Below, piece after piece: positions 33,318-34,568 of a DNA stretch of 34,568 nt. Within the stretch, counting starts at the first letter, position 1, and every line of letters begins with the position of its first letter. Location: the NCBI GenBank assembly GCA_003990765.1, contig RBNJ01000272.1, positions 1-34,568 of the forward strand, given 5' to 3'. Made by a program: the position numbers and the translations under genes. This DNA comes from Jimgerdemannia flammicorona. Taxonomy: Eukaryota. The notes under the pieces are model-generated. The model was not told where the DNA came from. It made no database searches and worked only from the letters and a program-made list of their open reading frames with translations.

Positions 33318-33645
33318 CGAATCACCCCATCTGAATCGCCCCATCCGAATCACCCATCCGAACCACCCCAATCCGAATCACTCAATCCGAATCACTCAAT
33401 CTGAATTGCTCCATCTGAATTGCCCCATCTGAATCATCCATCTGAATCACCCATCCGAACCACTCCAATCTGAACCACTCAATCTGAATCACTCAATCCG
33501 AATCACTCAATCTGAATCACTCAATCCGAATCACTCAATTCGAATCCTCCAATTTGAATCCTCCAATTTGAATCCTCCAATTCGAATCCTTCAATCCGAA
33601 TCCTCATCCGAATCCTTCAACTGAATCCTCCAATCCAAATCCTCC
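33318..33645 (+). repeat. Subterminal tandem array of ~12-14-bp units (TCCGAATCACYCMA / TCGAATCCTCCAA)
   Basis: About 25 imperfect copies directly inside the TIR; typical position of hAT transposase-binding repeats. Confidence 0.85.
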
Positions 33646-33729
33646 ACATGACTCATATGCCAGATGCATCCACAACACAACACACACACACGCATACATA
33701 CACATGCACATGCAAACACGCAAACACAC

Positions 33730-34568
33730 ATGTCAACAGATCAGTCTTCAACAGTCCACAGTACCGATGATGCTTCAAGTCAAACATCCCTGATAGTTCC
33801 ACACCTTCCACGCAATCCTCGCTCCGAAATCTGACAATATTGTACTAAGATAGGAGATGATGTTGTTTGTAATTATTACAGGTAAAAAATTAAGACGCAC
33901 CTATTGACACTTTGTCTGACACACACATGATATTGTTTGACACACACATGATATTGTTTCATCCACCCCCATGAACTGCACCAGCCAGAAGTTCAAAATG
34001 CTTGGGGGTATGACTTCGAACATGAATCGACACATAAAAGACAAGCACTCTGACAAAATCAAAAAGAACACGGAGACAAATAAAATCGACATCCAAGCTG
34101 TGGTGGGTATATTTATCTGATTGCCTGACCATTTCTGTACCAACAATGCCATTTAATCAAAAATTTTAGCCATACTCTTCGGCAGAATTTCGAAATCGGC
34201 TCGTTCACTGGATTGTGTGTACAGACCAGCCATTCACAACCATCAAGAGTGATCAATTGCATAGCATCTTTGGCCTCCTCAAGCATGATTTATATTTGCC
34301 AAGTGCCGATACTATTTGCAAAGATGTCCTGGAGGCCTATAGGAAGGAGCACGACAATCTCCGCCAGACACTTCAGGTAAAATAAGGGCAGCACCATGAC
34401 CTTTGCAAGCTGAATTATACAAAAGAGCTCACCAATTTAACCTCACATTCAATAAGCAGAATTCGGCAGGCAAAATTTCATTTACGATCGACACATGGAC
34501 ATCCCCCAATGCAATTTCATTTCTGGGCATTACCGGTCATTGGATTGACCTCGATTGGCAGCTTAAAT
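33730..34568 (+). pseudogene. Spliced hAT transposase (exons 33730-33881, 33985-34102, 34170-34376, 34460->34568), premature TGA at 33832-33834
   Basis: MSTDQSS..PRSEI*QYCTKIGDDVVCNYYS/QKFKMLGGMTSNMNRHIKDKH (BED finger); LVHWIVCTDQPFTTI..LPSADTI; ISFTIDTWTSPNAISFLGITGHWIDLDWQLK (first catalytic D). Three frame-preserving GT-AG introns. Confidence 0.88.

Larger units (their letters stand above)
33210..34568 (+). mobile_element. hAT DNA transposon, 5' part (runs off the window)
   Basis: TIR TAGTGCTCCGAACGAGTCAAT at 33210-33230, subterminal repeats, BED finger and hAT transposase motifs; predicted 8-bp TSD GTTGTAGG (33202-33209). Confidence 0.93.

Noticed and set aside
33318..33645. Regular short repeats resembling a CRISPR array or telomeric tract
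   Set aside because: Units are head-to-tail with no unique spacers, no cas genes, eukaryotic context; position inside a hAT TIR identifies them as subterminal repeats
33901..34152. 83-aa minus-strand ORF with CVCQTISCVCQT repeat
   Set aside because: Antisense to hAT transposase exons and introns; the repeat is the 21-bp intronic duplication

Overview
Eukaryotic, most likely fungal, genomic DNA (spliceosomal introns, F-box gene, chromovirus; lineage is inferred). Roughly 85-90% is nested, C-to-T/G-to-A-decayed transposable elements around a CpG-rich host island at ~18.1-21.5 kb. That island holds an F-box/LRR-like gene and a probable small spliced gene. Left half: a deep nest in which an old Ty3/Gypsy fragment was hit by a Copia element, the Copia by LINE A, LINE A by a hAT MITE (8-bp TSD), and the MITE by full-length LINE B (15-bp TSD). 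A full-length chromovirus (5-bp TSD) also sits in the same Gypsy fragment. Right half: two tail-to-tail copies of that Gypsy family ('G2'), the second interrupted by an intron-containing hAT transposon whose 21-bp TIR is identical to the MITE's. Most notable: (i) G2 has an unusual layout, gag-PR-CxH/CxxC-dUTPase-RT-RH STOP / separate integrase ORF / extra unknown ORF3; (ii) the chromovirus carries its own dUTPase between the Gag zinc knuckle and protease; (iii) three poly(A)-tailed 3' junctions all fall at AA|GGCY.
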